A stretch of DNA of 64,000 bases, from positions 3,585,229 to 3,649,228 of the forward strand of contig NW_003314264.1 of the NCBI RefSeq assembly GCF_000143415.4, read 5' to 3'. Position numbers and translations under genes: made by a program. The notes under the pieces were generated by a model, which worked only from the letters and a program-made list of their open reading frames with translations, made no database searches and was not told the DNA's origin. Positions 1-12,624 of the stretch are shown one piece after another. Within the stretch, counting starts at the first letter, position 1. Every line of letters begins with the position of its first letter. This DNA comes from Selaginella moellendorffii. Taxonomy: Eukaryota > Plantae > Lycopodiophyta.

Positions 1-124
1 TTATACTTTCTTACAAGTTCACGCCATTGTGAAAAAAAGCTGAAGTTATAACTCTTCTGAGAGCCCTGCTCTCTTGACACCCTACCCTTTGAGTTGAGCC
101 CAACCAAAGCAAATTAAACTTGCC

Positions 125-610
125 AAATATCACTTAATATGTAATGCAATTCCCCCAACCAACCAATAGAGTTAGATCTAAGACCCCCTTTGATAACAAA
201 TGTAATCTTCTGAGTTTAGACTTCCTAGGAAGTCCAAATTCATTAGCTTATACCACTATACCAATTTTTCTAATAGAACCACTAGATATCAATTTCAATA
301 TATAATGTGATTCTTTTAACCAATAAAGTTGAATCTAAAACTTTTTTAATATAACTACTAGATATTAAACCTTTGTAAGTAACCAAAGAAAACAACTTGA
401 GAATTAATTTATATGGGTTTAAATATAGAGGGAAATTACTCATGAATAAAGATGTACATTTTTTTCTAATTAATTAATGCTTATTGGTGGGTTTGAATAG
501 TACTGGGCTGGGTGAGTGGTCTTAGGATATATTTAGTATTAGAGTGGTTTTGGGTTTAACTCTGTTAGTTAACTGAAGGAATCATGTCACTTGTTGAGAT
601 TGATATATTA
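125..610. repeat. Degenerate AT-rich direct/inverted repeat (possible foldback/TE remnant)
   Basis: Motif aaccaata(g/a)agtt..atctaa at ~161-185 and ~318-341; an imperfect reverse-complement copy at ~545-610; no ORF. Confidence 0.35.
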
Positions 611-1660
611 CTATTAATTTACTATTGTTGTATTATGATATCTAGGGTTAAGTGTCCTTGAGTTTAAGTAATAGTGTGGTCACTACAATTAATCTGATAA
701 GTATAATTACTTAGCAAGGTTTTAAGATATTTAAGGTTAAGTGTCATTGGTTTTGAGTAGTACTAGAGTCATTACACTTAGAAGGAGGAGCTTACCAACT
801 TCTTTAATATTAAAGATAAGTTTCTGAATTTGAACTTCTTAAAATGTTATATATAATATTATTCAAACCCAAGTATTCTAAGACCAAAAAATTATACTTT
901 TATTAATGAACCCTTCTCTAAAATTATTGTTTTTGATTGCTTATAGATTAAAATATAATATACTTATTTTGATATGCTTTGAATTACAAAAATAAAAAAT
1001 TGTATTGATCATCCAAAAATACCCTACAACAACTTTATATTTTATAGGTTTTTTTTTTATCAAAGAGTTATCTATGTATATAAAAAATTGCACAATTTAC
1101 AAATTTAACTTATGGTTTCCTCCATCAACATCCATATATATATATAAAAACTTATACATCAAGCAGCCAATCATAGTTATGCAATTTACAAATTGCACAC
1201 TCTAGGTAGAAGGAGCTACCCAGGGCAAGTGAGGAGGAGCACAAAGATGGCAAGAAGTGGAACACTGTAAGATAATCCAAATTGCATTCTTGCATCCATC
1301 AGACTCATGTTTCAAGATGACCACCACAAGATTATCAAAGATAGATAGAGAGAGATTTTATGGTAGTGATTTCAGTTCTGGTGGCAGCACATCATTCCCT
1401 GCTCCAGTCAACTTTTACTTTTATCTCACTCTGCCATTGTCAATACCATACAGAGAGCCGTGAGAGTTTTGTCTGAAGATGACACACTCCCGAACGTATG
1501 CGTCACGTCAATAGCTTTTGCTACCTGTGATTTCTGTCGAAACTACAGTGAAGACAATCTGAATTGCTGAGCAAGAGAAAAAATTGTCCGGAAGCCGTAT
1601 GAGTTTTCCTTGCAGGAATGGTCTTCATTTTGGAAGGGCTTCTACACGGAACTTTCCTGA

Positions 1661-1707
1661 GGGAGCGAGCGAGCACGCTGAGAGGGAGGGAGCGAGCACG
1701 CTGAGAG
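1661..1707 (+). repeat. Short imperfect tandem duplication (gggagcgagcacgctgagag x2)
   Basis: Directly visible. Confidence 0.6.
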
Positions 1708-1837
1708 CAAAGCTTAAAAAAGAAACCAAAAAAAAAAAAGAGGAAAAACTGCGCGTGCTTTATATTTACGAACCGCTGCGTGAGTGAGTGAAGGCCCACG
1801 AAAGAATAACGAGGAACGAACGAGCGGCGCACGATCA

Positions 1838-2695
1838 CTACCTCCGCCTCTTTTGCAGCTCACTCTCCCAGCTCGCCAAAGCTCGCCGCATCCCAGACAC
1901 AAAGTCGTCAACTATAGCACGGATCTCGGCACTGTCACAGTGAAGGCGACATAGATTGAGCTCTCAAACAAAGAGAAAAGAGAAGTTTGATAAACTTACC
2001 CGCTAGAAGCAGCTTTTTTTGCTGAATATCTACCCATGTTGCTGTAGCTTCCATTCTCATCGTACGCACGTCCCTTGCCAAGCCCGTATCCAAAACCGAC
2101 ACCAATGCCGCATCCGGCACCTAAGCCCACTCCGAATTGAAATCCCGGGAAACCAAATCCCAAGCCGGCACCTGAGAATCAGACACGGATCGCACAAATG
2201 AGTATTGAATGGAGTAAACAAAGGAGATATAATAGAGAATGACACGACCCAGAGCGAGACAATCTCCAAAAGAAAAAAAAGAAAAAGATAGGCTGACTTT
2301 GAAGAAGCTCATTCAATTCACCGAGCCCATACGAAACAAGAAAACAAAAGATTTCTCTCCAAGCAGTCGACAAATCCAGAAAAATTAAGCTCAGATATGC
2401 AGCATAATCGATTGGCCTTCGACTCAAACCATAGAAAACTAAAGGAGTCATCCAGCCAACACTGCAAGCTGGATCCGGAGAATAAAAAACATGAAACACG
2501 CTATGCTACATGAATGCGAGCAAAAAAATACCACGATGAAACAATCGCGAGCTTACCTCCGATAATGCCAGCGCCGACACCGACACCGCAGCCCACACCA
2601 GCGCCGAAAGCTGGGCCGAGCTTACCCCACTCGGACGATTTCACCAGCGGTAGCTTCCACAGCAGCCCGCGCTCCATCTCCTCCCGGCGCTTCAT
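1838..2695 (-). CDS. Glycine-rich small membrane protein (GxGxGCG repeats; TGD5/AS8-like family); exons 2695-2557, 2171-2000, 1931-1838
   Basis: Spliced frame MKRREEMERGLLWKLPLVKSSEWGKLGPAFGAGVGCGVGVGAGIIGG|AGLGFGFPGFQFGVGLGAGCGIGVGFGYGLGKG...ELQKRRR*; GT-AG introns keep frame. Confidence 0.8.
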
Positions 2696-5294
2696 CGCCC
2701 TAGGAAGCCACCCACGAGCCCTAAATTTTTGTGCCGAGCTCCCGTTGCACTGGGGAAAATCCGAGCCGTCTATCTGTTCGCCGCATTCCGGGATGGAATG
2801 TGTGGCCGGAGTGTGACTACACGAGCACGGAATCCTCGGAAACATTGGAAGAAAGAATCATGTTGTTTGTTCCTGTGTGTGTCGTGACAAAAATCCTTGC
2901 CCGTGAATTCCTTGACGAGCAAGGCGAAAATTTTCTCCTGTCCATTGTGAATTGGATCACGGGGCTCGTGTCATAAAACGAGAGAAACTTTACCGCGCCC
3001 AGCGGTAAAAACACCAAGATTTCTACCCCTAGGGCTCGTCGACGAAACGAACAAAACAAGAGCCACCATTGCTATCCGGTACGATGCCCACCCCTCTCTT
3101 GTTGTCTTGCGCAGGCCGTTAATCACCGACGGTGACGTCTACGGGGGGCATACGTATTGGCGTACGGGCGAGGTGGCCAGGGAGGAAGCTCGATCGAGTC
3201 GTGTTTTGGGAAGTTTTTAAGGGAAGGGCAACTTGAGCAGTGAATGCCTGCCCCTGGCAGAAATCCAGACATTCTTATTCCAGCCAGGAGGTCAGCCCTA
3301 ATTTCGTTTGGCCCTATTGTCCAGGGGATTCAACGAACGAGAACCACCGCTCTACTTCTAATCCATCTATCCATCCATCACGAAACCGCGACCGCCCGTC
3401 AAAGGCCTGGACAAGAATATCCCACGCGGTGAATATACCACGAATCCGACAGGCACCAGCTGCTACTGTCTGCTACGACGTTGAATACTCATGTGTGGCG
3501 ATCGTAATCGCGAGGTCTCGTCAACCTTGGCACCTTTGAATCCCGATTTTTATACGACAAGTTTGTATTATTTGTTGGCCTGCCCGGCATACGGCACAGG
3601 CGTATACAAGGAATTCTACGCTGCATTGCATTGTAAACAAGAATGATGGCTCCCAGGAGGGGGATGCCGTATTTTTATGTTGTATAGACGGGAAGCTTTT
3701 TGTATAGACGGTCAGGGACGCCATACTCGCCGCAGCACCTGGCACTGTCCGCCAGTATACAAAAATACAAAGAAAAACTCACCTACTTTTACTTACCCGG
3801 TGGGGGGTAAGAGAATATCCCGCGTCCTGCGGTAGCGCCGCCCCGAGATAGATACTTTGGGACGGTGTAAAAAATGGATTTACCATGTGCTCTGTATGCT
3901 CCGGTCCGCTAGATATTTATTTCCGGCCTTGTCTTGGCGGGAAAAAGCCGGTCTTCACAGCTGGCAACAGCAAATAAAGCATGGACACGTGGGATCTGCG
4001 GCATGGCGGGAAAATCGCAATCCTTTTGACCCGATGCTGCTAGGGTTAGGGTTTTAATCCGCAGGAGAGTTTGAGGCGTTGAGAACACGTCTCCCCACTC
4101 TATCTTGGTTGTGGGCCTACATTTGATTCGTTTGTCTCGGCGAGTTGGAGACAAGAGAATGGGGTTCAAAGCTAAACCGATTTGGTGTCTTAAGCGTTGA
4201 CCGGGTCTTGAATCTTATTTTTTCGACGGCCGAATCATTTGTTCATTTTCTAACCGGTAATTAATCCGGCTTGTCCAGGGGTATCGCTCAATCGCGCGCC
4301 ACTTTAGGATACTTAAGAATGGACAAAGTTGGCGACAACGAAACGGGCGTGGTAAATTAAAAGCCCCTCCAAGGCGCGCCCTAAAATAGCAGCGGACAAC
4401 TGGATGCCCGCCACGTGGCAGATGGCTTGAGACCCAAGCAAGTAAGAATCGCGGTCCAGCCTGGTGAAAACGTGGCGCCGCCCCGCCGGTACGGAAATGA
4501 ATATTCGAGTACGGTGGCTGGCTAATAAGGATCATACACGTCGGATAGGCGCCTCTCCATGTTTCTTTACGGCGCACACCAAAAGCCTTTGAGCAAAGAA
4601 AGAGGCGAGAGGAGCGGGTGAGAGAGGAGGAGAGAGGAGGAGGAAGGAGAGAGAGAGGAGGAGGACGCTGGCCGCCATAGCCGGAGCTCGCGCGAGTTTC
4701 TTCTACCCAGCGGGCGCTCGAGAGTGAAAAGATCGCGAATCGCACAGCGGGGCATTTCTGTGCGTCCTCCATAGCTGAAGTAGCGAGCTCTGTCGCGCGA
4801 GGAGCGCGGGGCCTGGACATCGAATCGCACAGAGAATCCCACCTCTCGGCTCTCCATGCCTCTTCTTTCCTTCGCATCTTCGTCCGCAGTAGTGCTCACA
4901 GGCCGCTGCTCTGGTTCTTCCTCCTCCTCCCGTTCTTCCTTCTTGTGTTCTTCGTGCCCGCCCTCCTCGCAGCAAGGATTTGGGGCCTCTTTCTCGAGCA
5001 CGAACACGAATCGCCAAAGGGATCTGGTGCTCCTGTCGCCGCAGCTCCTCAAGACCAAGCGCCTCTCCTTCCGGGACTTTAGATCGACGCCCATATTCAA
5101 CAGCCGGCCATTCACGAGGTATGAATCGCTCGAATCTCTCGCAGCGGTGCATGGATCTTTTTCGGTCTTTTCGCTGTTCTTGGTTTCTCATGCTCTATTT
5201 TTTTGTCAAACAGTGAAGGCACGCCCCCCGATCGACCCACCAGCGGCGGCGGCGTGCCAGCGGCAATCTAGCACGGGGCATCGCGCGGAGCACA

Positions 5295-7142
5295 ATGCCG
5301 GGGCCGCAGATGCGCTCATCGAGGCCACTGAGCGTCATGCTCAAGGCGGGCGTGGTCGCGCCCGCAGCCATAGCCAGCAAGAAGGGGAAGAGAGCCGCCA
5401 AGAACGCGTGGGAGGAGGTAGAGGTAGAGGTAGCCGCAGCTCAGTGCGCGATCGCGAAGAAGAAGCCCAGGGGCGGCGGCGGCGGCGGCGATGACGAACT
5501 GATAGTGGTGGAGGAGAATCTCATCCAAGTTGGAGTGGAGGAAACAGTGGAGAGCGAGGATGAGCACGAGAGCCTGTGGAGGAACAGCCGGATGTATCGA
5601 CCCAGAAAGCTGCGCGTCGTGTGCTTGGATCCGGAAGCCACCGAGTCGTCGAGCGACGATGACGAGCTCAAGAGACCCGGCATGAAAGCTCGCGGCGGCG
5701 GCGGCGGCTGCTCGTCGGACGAGAGCGAGAGCGAGGAGATTGGCGGCGCGTACCGCAGTAGCAGCTACGTCAAGGCGTTGATGGCTCCAATGGCGAGCAG
5801 CCGGGAAGAGGACGAGGACGAGGAGGATGACGCGGGCGGCATACCGCCGTGCAAGACCAACGAGTCCGAGGTGGTGTCCGAGGTGGCGAATAGAAAGCCC
5901 CGGAAGCTCGTCCCCAGCGCCAAGCCCGGCAAGGGACGCAGCCAGCAGTCCAAGTACCGCGGCGTCCGCCAGAGGCCGTGGGGGAAGTGGGCCGCGGAGA
6001 TTAGAGATCCTTTCAAAGGCACCCGGCTGTGGCTGGGCACGTATGACACCGCCGAGGAGGCCGCCATAGCCTACGACAAGAAGGCCCGGGACTTGAGGGG
6101 CGATAACGCGCAGACCAACTTCGCCCCCGGCGAGTTGGTGGTGTTCAAGAACAGCGACAACGAGATCACGACGTATCGATCGGAGAGAGTTAGCGGCACG
6201 CCGCGAAAAGTTGGTGGTGGTGGTGCTGCTACCACTACTACGACTGCCACTGCTGCTAGCGCTGCTGCTACTGCGCCTCCTCCTCCCAGAAAGGACGTTT
6301 GCGTGATGAACTTCTCGACGCCGTATGCTGGCGGGACTTGCGAGGAAGTAGGCGAGGAAGATGACGAGGATGGCGGAGATAACGACGAGGATGAACAGCA
6401 GCAACAGGAGATCGAGGAGGAGGTGGAAGAAGAAGAAGAGGATGGGGATGACGAGCAAGATTTGTTGCTCAAGCCCGGGCCCCCAAGCTCGTCAAAAGCG
6501 CAATCGCCGTTCAAGGCTCGTGCTGCGTCTCCGTGCGGTACGACGGTGGGATCTTGCAGTACTTCCTCGCATCTCACTGTTGCGGATGAGGACGAGGCGA
6601 GCCGGCAACAGTTGCCGACGACGGTGGCGAGATCTGGAGCCAAGAAGAAAAGTCGGGCGGTGGTGTCGTCGAGGATGGTGGTGGCCGAGAGCTCGGACAA
6701 AACGGGCGGTGGGCGCGAGAGGTCGCCGGCTGCGGCTACTCGGAAGAGGTGCTTGAGCCGGAGCAGCAGTAGCATGGTGGCGAACTCGCCGAGCTCCGTT
6801 TTGGTCCGCTCGCTCTCGCGGAGAGCGGCTGCTACCACGACCACTACCACGACCACGACCACGACCACGAGTAGTACCACGGACAGTGAGTCGTACATGA
6901 CTGAGGACTCGGGCTCCACTTTCAAGCTCGAGGTGGAGGTGTCCAAGAACAGCAGCAAGGACTCTATGTTTGACGACGATTTCCTGCAAATGCTGGGGGT
7001 GGCTTTCAATGGGGACGATGATGGTGGCCGGGGTGGCTGCGTTGGTGGTATGGATCTCGACTTGGATATGCTCGGGGATGGTTTCGGTGAGGACGAGATG
7101 GACTTGGAGTACTTCGCCGATTTGTCGACGATACAAGTGTGA
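5295..7142 (+). CDS. CRF: AP2/ERF transcription factor, cytokinin response factor (CRF) type, intronless CDS
   Basis: CRF domain [21 protein letters not shown]; AP2 domain [34 protein letters not shown]; SPSSVL motif. Confidence 0.92.
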   Translation: MPGPQMRSSRPLSVMLKAGVVAPAAIASKKGKRAAKNAWEEVEVEVAAAQCAIAKKKPRGGGGGGDDELIVVEENLIQVGVEETVESEDEHESLWRNSRMYRPRKLRVVCLDPEATESSSDDDELKRPGMKARGGGGGCSSDESESEEIGGAYRSSSYVKALMAPMASSREEDEDEEDDAGGIPPCKTNESEVVSEVANRKPRKLVPSAKPGKGRSQQSKYRGVRQRPWGKWAAEIRDPFKGTRLWLGTYDTAEEAAIAYDKKARDLRGDNAQTNFAPGELVVFKNSDNEITTYRSERVSGTPRKVGGGGAATTTTTATAASAAATAPPPPRKDVCVMNFSTPYAGGTCEEVGEEDDEDGGDNDEDEQQQQEIEEEVEEEEEDGDDEQDLLLKPGPPSSSKAQSPFKARAASPCGTTVGSCSTSSHLTVADEDEASRQQLPTTVARSGAKKKSRAVVSSRMVVAESSDKTGGGRERSPAAATRKRCLSRSSSSMVANSPSSVLVRSLSRRAAATTTTTTTTTTTTSSTTDSESYMTEDSGSTFKLEVEVSKNSSKDSMFDDDFLQMLGVAFNGDDDGGRGGCVGGMDLDLDMLGDGFGEDEMDLEYFADLSTIQV

Positions 7143-7555
7143 TGGGTGTGAGCGAAGCGAGCGATCAAAAGGGATCGGTGCGTGTGACTAGAGAAGCAAG
7201 AATTTTGGGAGCCAGTTTTGTTTGGAGGTCTTGAGAACTCTCGGAGGAACTCGGCTTTTCAGTTTCAGTCAGGTACATAAGTTTTCTTCCTTCGTTTTTT
7301 TTTTTGGTCTTAAGCTATACATATCAGATGATGAGAGAGTGACGCTACTGAGAAAGTTTTGTAGCGAGCTGTTGAGAGAGTTTTGGGCCCAGGTTTGTAG
7401 CGAGGGGCCCTGCGAGAGGGTGTGATCCAGAAAAGTTTTGTGAATGTAGATGTTTGCCTGAGTATTTAAATGAGATCGGTCTTCGATCGAAGTTTACATA
7501 TTGACAAGTGTGAGAAAGACAACGAAGAAGAATCGAATCGAGAAGTTAGCTGAGC

Positions 7556-8041
7556 TTACTTCTTAGCTTTAGAGAAGCGGAGGCACCTATACTTCTCGCC
7601 GCTGACAGTGATCTCGAGAGCGCCATCCTGATTATCCGATGACGAGGCAGTCCCCATGAGGACGCTCTTCTCCTTCTCGAGATTGTCTCTTTCCATCCGG
7701 AGCCTGGCCTCCTGTTTGGCGATCTCGGCCTGCCAAATCCACAAGACACAGGTGTCAGCGAACAGAAAATTCGCTGCAACAAACCAAGGAGAGGGGCCGG
7801 AGCTGACCAACGATTAGAGAGAAGAAGCGAGAGAGATAGAAAGGTGAGGTGCGAGGCCTACCTCTCGTCGGGACAGTTCAGCTTTCCACGCGGCCTCTCG
7901 CTCCGCCACCTCGCGCTCTCTCTCCTCCAAGTAGCTCTGCATCTCTCTCTCCTTCATGATCCGGTCTCGCATGTCAGCCTCGAGTGCCTCCTTGAGCTGT
8001 CTCACAAAGTTTTCGACCACGGCCTTGATTCGAAGGGACAT
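7556..8041 (-). CDS. Conserved plant small coiled-coil protein; exons 8041-7862, 7729-7556
   Basis: MSLRIKAVVENFVRQLKEALEADMRDRIMKEREMQSYLEERERE...|AEIAKQEARL...GALEITVSGEKYRCLRFSKAKK*. Confidence 0.85.
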
Positions 8042-8882
8042 CTGCCGCTGCTGGTGCTGGCCCGCGTGTGCTTGAGTGCATCCTGCCAAACAGAGCACAG
8101 CGTTTCTAGGTGGTGGACGGACACCTTTGCAAAGAGTAAAAGCGTAGCAGGAAGAAATCCCGACTCCAGATTTACGATGAGAAGAAATGTACGGAAAAGA
8201 AAACAAGAGAGAAGATCGTCGCTGAGCATAAACAAAACGAGTTTTGTTGGAAGAACAAGTAAAAATGCGGTACACTAGCAATGGAAGGAGAGAAACAAGG
8301 AAAGATCATCACGCGCAATCGGGCTTTTGCTTCTAAATGATTGTCTCAAACGCGAGGAGGCAAAACGATCAGCAAAGGACGGGCAAACAATCACGAAATA
8401 GACAGAGTGGCGAGAAATGACGACTCACGAGTGGGGTAGCAGAAGATTTCGCACCTCGAAGCTGTGACGATGACGCGCAGCAGCAAAATCCCTACCTAGC
8501 AGAGCTCAGCAAGCATCGCCCCTGGACCGCCGCTCGTCGGCCTCGCCCTCCAACCCTAAATTCGCAACTCGTGGCAACACAGTCAGTGACACAAGGCAGA
8601 AGCACGGCATATTCCGGAAGCGTATGCCATGAAATGTTCTTCGGCATATTCGTTGATAGGGGTTCGATTCCGATCTCGCTGCGTGGGTTGACTTCCAGTG
8701 GCTGTGTGCGCTTCGTTGTTTTGCGATGCTTTTGCGATTCGGCTTTTGGATCGAGGTAAGGAGAGACCCTGGGAGATTGATTCGGCAAAATGGGCTTGGA
8801 GAGAAATCGAAGTAGGGAGTAGCGAGTAGTTTCTAGGAGAGCTAAGAACAGGGGGAGATTTCGCAGAGAAGTGAGAGCTTCC

Positions 8883-9786
8883 ATGTCGAGCCAGTCCGCG
8901 TGTGGCATTAGCTGCAACGCGGGGACGAGCTCGCAGCTCAAGCTCTACCAGACTTTCATCTTCGCGACGCCCATTCTCTTCACGCTCGTGTTGCTGCTGC
9001 TCTTTTGCCTGCTCTACTACAAGCGCCGGAGGAACGCCAGGGCCGTGTCCCAGATTCGTGCGCAGTTCTTCGCCAGGGGTCTCTTCGCCGCGGTAAAAAT
9101 CTCGATTTCTTCCTTTTCTTTTGTTTTCCGGATTGAAAATGCGATCATCTCACGCAGCCGCTAGACCATGGATTGAACAAATCCTTCCGGGACAACATTC
9201 CCACCATCGTGTTCGATGCCAAGTTCGCGGAGACCCGTGGCGGAGATACACAGTTAAGCTCTTTTTCTTTTCTCACGCTCTCTCTCTCTCTCTCTCTCTC
9301 TTTTATCTGGAACTTATAAAGTAAGGTTCCCGGAGTTCACGGAAGAACTTTTGTGTTAAGAACTCTTTCCTTTGACCCAGATGCGCGGTCTGTCTCGGCG
9401 AGTACCAAATCGGCGAGAAGCTCCAGCAGCTCCCAACGTGTCGGCACACATTCCACGTCGAGTGCATCGACGAGTGGCTGGCGGGCAATTCGACGTGTCC
9501 AATCTGTAGAACATCGCTGCTCCAGAGCGGGCGAATCGTCCCTGTAGCATTCGCCGACGATGACGACGCCGACGATCCCACCCAATCCGCCTCTCCTCCA
9601 GCCGAATCTCAGCCATCGCAGCAGCCCAGCATCGAGGAAGATCCGCGCGGCGGTGGCGACGGCTCCATCAAAGACGAAGAAACCAATCGCGATCGCCGAC
9701 ACAAGCGAGGATCCAGCAGGTCCTCCCGGTCGTCATCGATCGGCGAAGCGATCGAGCAGCAGCATGTAATCCAGATTGAGCGGTAG
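8883..9786 (+). CDS. ATL-family RING-H2 E3 ubiquitin ligase (3 exons)
   Basis: N-terminal TM segment, GLNKSFR GLD-like motif, [32 protein letters not shown]. Confidence 0.9.
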
Positions 9787-10144
9787 AATGCGATTTCTCT
9801 TAGAGTGGATCAAAGAGTGGAGGATCGAAATCCATGGACCATCACGAGTTTTTCTTGAGTGAAGGTTTCTGGACCGTTAGATTTGCATGTAACATTTTAC
9901 TCCAGATCAAAGGTAGATCTCTTCGGATCTAGAGGAGTGGAAGTTCTCCATTCTCCAAGCTGGAATATAAGTTTGATCGCTGTGATCTTGGTTTGGTTCA
10001 CAAAGGATCGCCATCGCCGACCCTGCGCTCAACCAGCATAAAGAAAGGACCCTACCCTAGCCTATCTAGAAAGTTCTTGCGTGCCCTTGTTAGGGTTTTG
10101 TGGGGGAGCGACTAGGGTATTGCGATTTGCTTGCTGCCGCGGCC

Positions 10145-10899
<755 letters not shown>

Positions 10900-11123
10900 G
10901 CTCGGGAGGAGCGGCGATTTGTGGACGCATTGGCTCGCTATGATGTTTGTGATACCTTTTGGTTGCTTATATAAGTTGAAGTATTTGTTTTATGCTTTGC
11001 AATTCTTTCATTGCTGTACAAAGAAGTTCTATCACGTCTATAATTACCCCAAAGTATCAAACAAAGTGTGCGCAGAGTAGTTTTCCAATGTGAAGTGGTT
11101 TCTCATAGTGAAGATCAATTGAG

Positions 11124-11195
11124 GTGGCTGTAGTTTAGTGGTAAGAATTCCACGTTGTGGCCGTGGAGACCTGGGCTCGAATCCCAGCAGCCACA
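11124..11195 (+). tRNA. trnH-GUG: tRNA-His (anticodon GTG)
   Basis: Acceptor stem GTGGCTG/CAGCCAC+A, anticodon stem CCACG-TTGTGGC-CGTGG, T-loop GCTCGAATC, T-run terminator ~11206. Confidence 0.95.
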
Positions 11196-11277
11196 GTCTT
11201 GTTACTTTTATTTAACCTAAAACACGTATCATTAAGGTTTACTTTCATTTTTATGTGAGGAAAGAGAAGCGTTGGAA

Positions 11278-12586
11278 ATGGCGCTCTGGAGAATAGGGTT
11301 TTTGTGCTTGGCCTGGTGCGCGGCAGCGGCGGCTGGGGCGGAGCCGCAGTTGGGGTCCACTCGAGTCGTCTTCCAGGTAATGTGTAGATCTTCTTCTCAT
11401 CCCTCAGATCTCAAGGCCTTTTTTCTCTCGGATTTGGCAGACAAAGTATGGCGACATTGAATTTGGATTCTATCCCGATGTTGCTCCCATCACCGTGGAG
11501 CACATTTTCAAGCTTGTCAGGCTCGGAGCGTACAACACGAACCATTTCTTCAGGGTATATAGATTTTCGAGAATATGGATTTTGGAGAATGTCACCGATT
11601 TCTTCGCTTTTTTCTTTCTTTTTTCTTTGGCGAGAAGGTCGACAAAGGATTTGTTGCACAAGTCGCTGATGTTGTTGGAGGAAGAAAGGCTCCTCTAAAT
11701 GAAGCTCAGATGGAGGAGGGGAAGAAAACGATCAAGGGGGAGTTTTCGGACGTGAAACATGTTCGTGGGATTTTATCCATGGGCAGGTGAGGTGAGCTCT
11801 CTCTGTGTTTATGGTCTTTTCGTTTTATGGAGAATTTCAAGTGATTTGTGGCTTTTCTTTTCAGGTATAGTGATCCAAACAGCGCTCAATCGTCGTTTTC
11901 AATCTTACTTGGTTCTGCACCACACCTTGATCGGGAGGTAAGTCTCATTCTTTTTTCTTTTTATGCAGTTTTCCCGTTGCATTCTTCTGTAACACAAAGC
12001 AGCTGCTACTGTTGTACGCATGTAAACAGCTGCGCTAGAAAAGAAGAATGCTAGAGTAAACTTGCAGAGAATTTGTTCGCATCAGAATAATGGTGCTGAC
12101 TTCAGACACTGCAAAACAAGTTTCATCTTACTCGCTTGTACAAGGTTGACCTTTCCTTGTTTTCCTGTTTTGTTTTCCAGTACGCTGTGTTTGGGAAGGT
12201 GACCAAAGGATTTGAAACATTAGAACTCCTCCAAGAGCTGCCTACAAAGCGCGAAGGGATTTTTGTGATGGTACGAGGCTGTTTTTTTTTTTTTTTTCTT
12301 GTTTATATCTCTGTTTTAAATTTCAGCCCCAGGAACGAGTAACCATTCTTTCGACGTACTACTATGGTAATTCCTTCGCTGTATGTAGTCCTTTACTCAC
12401 CTAAAGTAATTGTAATTTCAGATGTAGATCCTGTTCCTTTAAAGTGCGAGGACGAAGTGTCCATTTTGAGGAGAAGATTGATTCAAGCATCAAATGAGCT
12501 GGAGGAACAGGTTTGGTCTTCTTCAACACAACAATGTCTTACTCATGGATTTTGTGCTTCTGCAGAGAATGAGATGTCTTCCTTGA
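11278..12586 (+). CDS. CYP23: Cyclophilin-type peptidyl-prolyl isomerase with signal peptide (CYP23-like), multi-exon
   Basis: EPQLGSTRVVFQ|TKYGDIEFGFYPDVAP..HFFR|VDKGFVAQVADV..HVRGILSMGR|YSDPNSAQSSFSILLG..RMRCLP*. Confidence 0.9.
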
Positions 12587-12624
12587 GCCGGATTGGATTT
12601 TGTTTCAAGAGTGGTATTTGATTT

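Noticed and set aside
4041-4055. TAGGGTT motifs here and near other gene starts as interstitial telomere
   Set aside because: Only 1-2 units near gene 5' ends, consistent with ordinary telo-box promoter elements.
5316-7168. Long antisense ORFs (380 and 365 aa) over CRF, and similar ones over the kelch, PPR and SBP genes
   Set aside because: Shadow frames of GC-rich, low-complexity coding sequence with no recognisable motifs.
8655-8680. GGTTCGATTCC B-box-like motif suggesting a tRNA or SINE
   Set aside because: Flanks do not form a T-stem or cloverleaf, and there is no clear A-box.
11123-11123. Genomic G at position -1 of tRNA-His
   Set aside because: The discriminator is A, as in Thg1-edited eukaryotic tRNA-His; a single G has a 1-in-4 chance.
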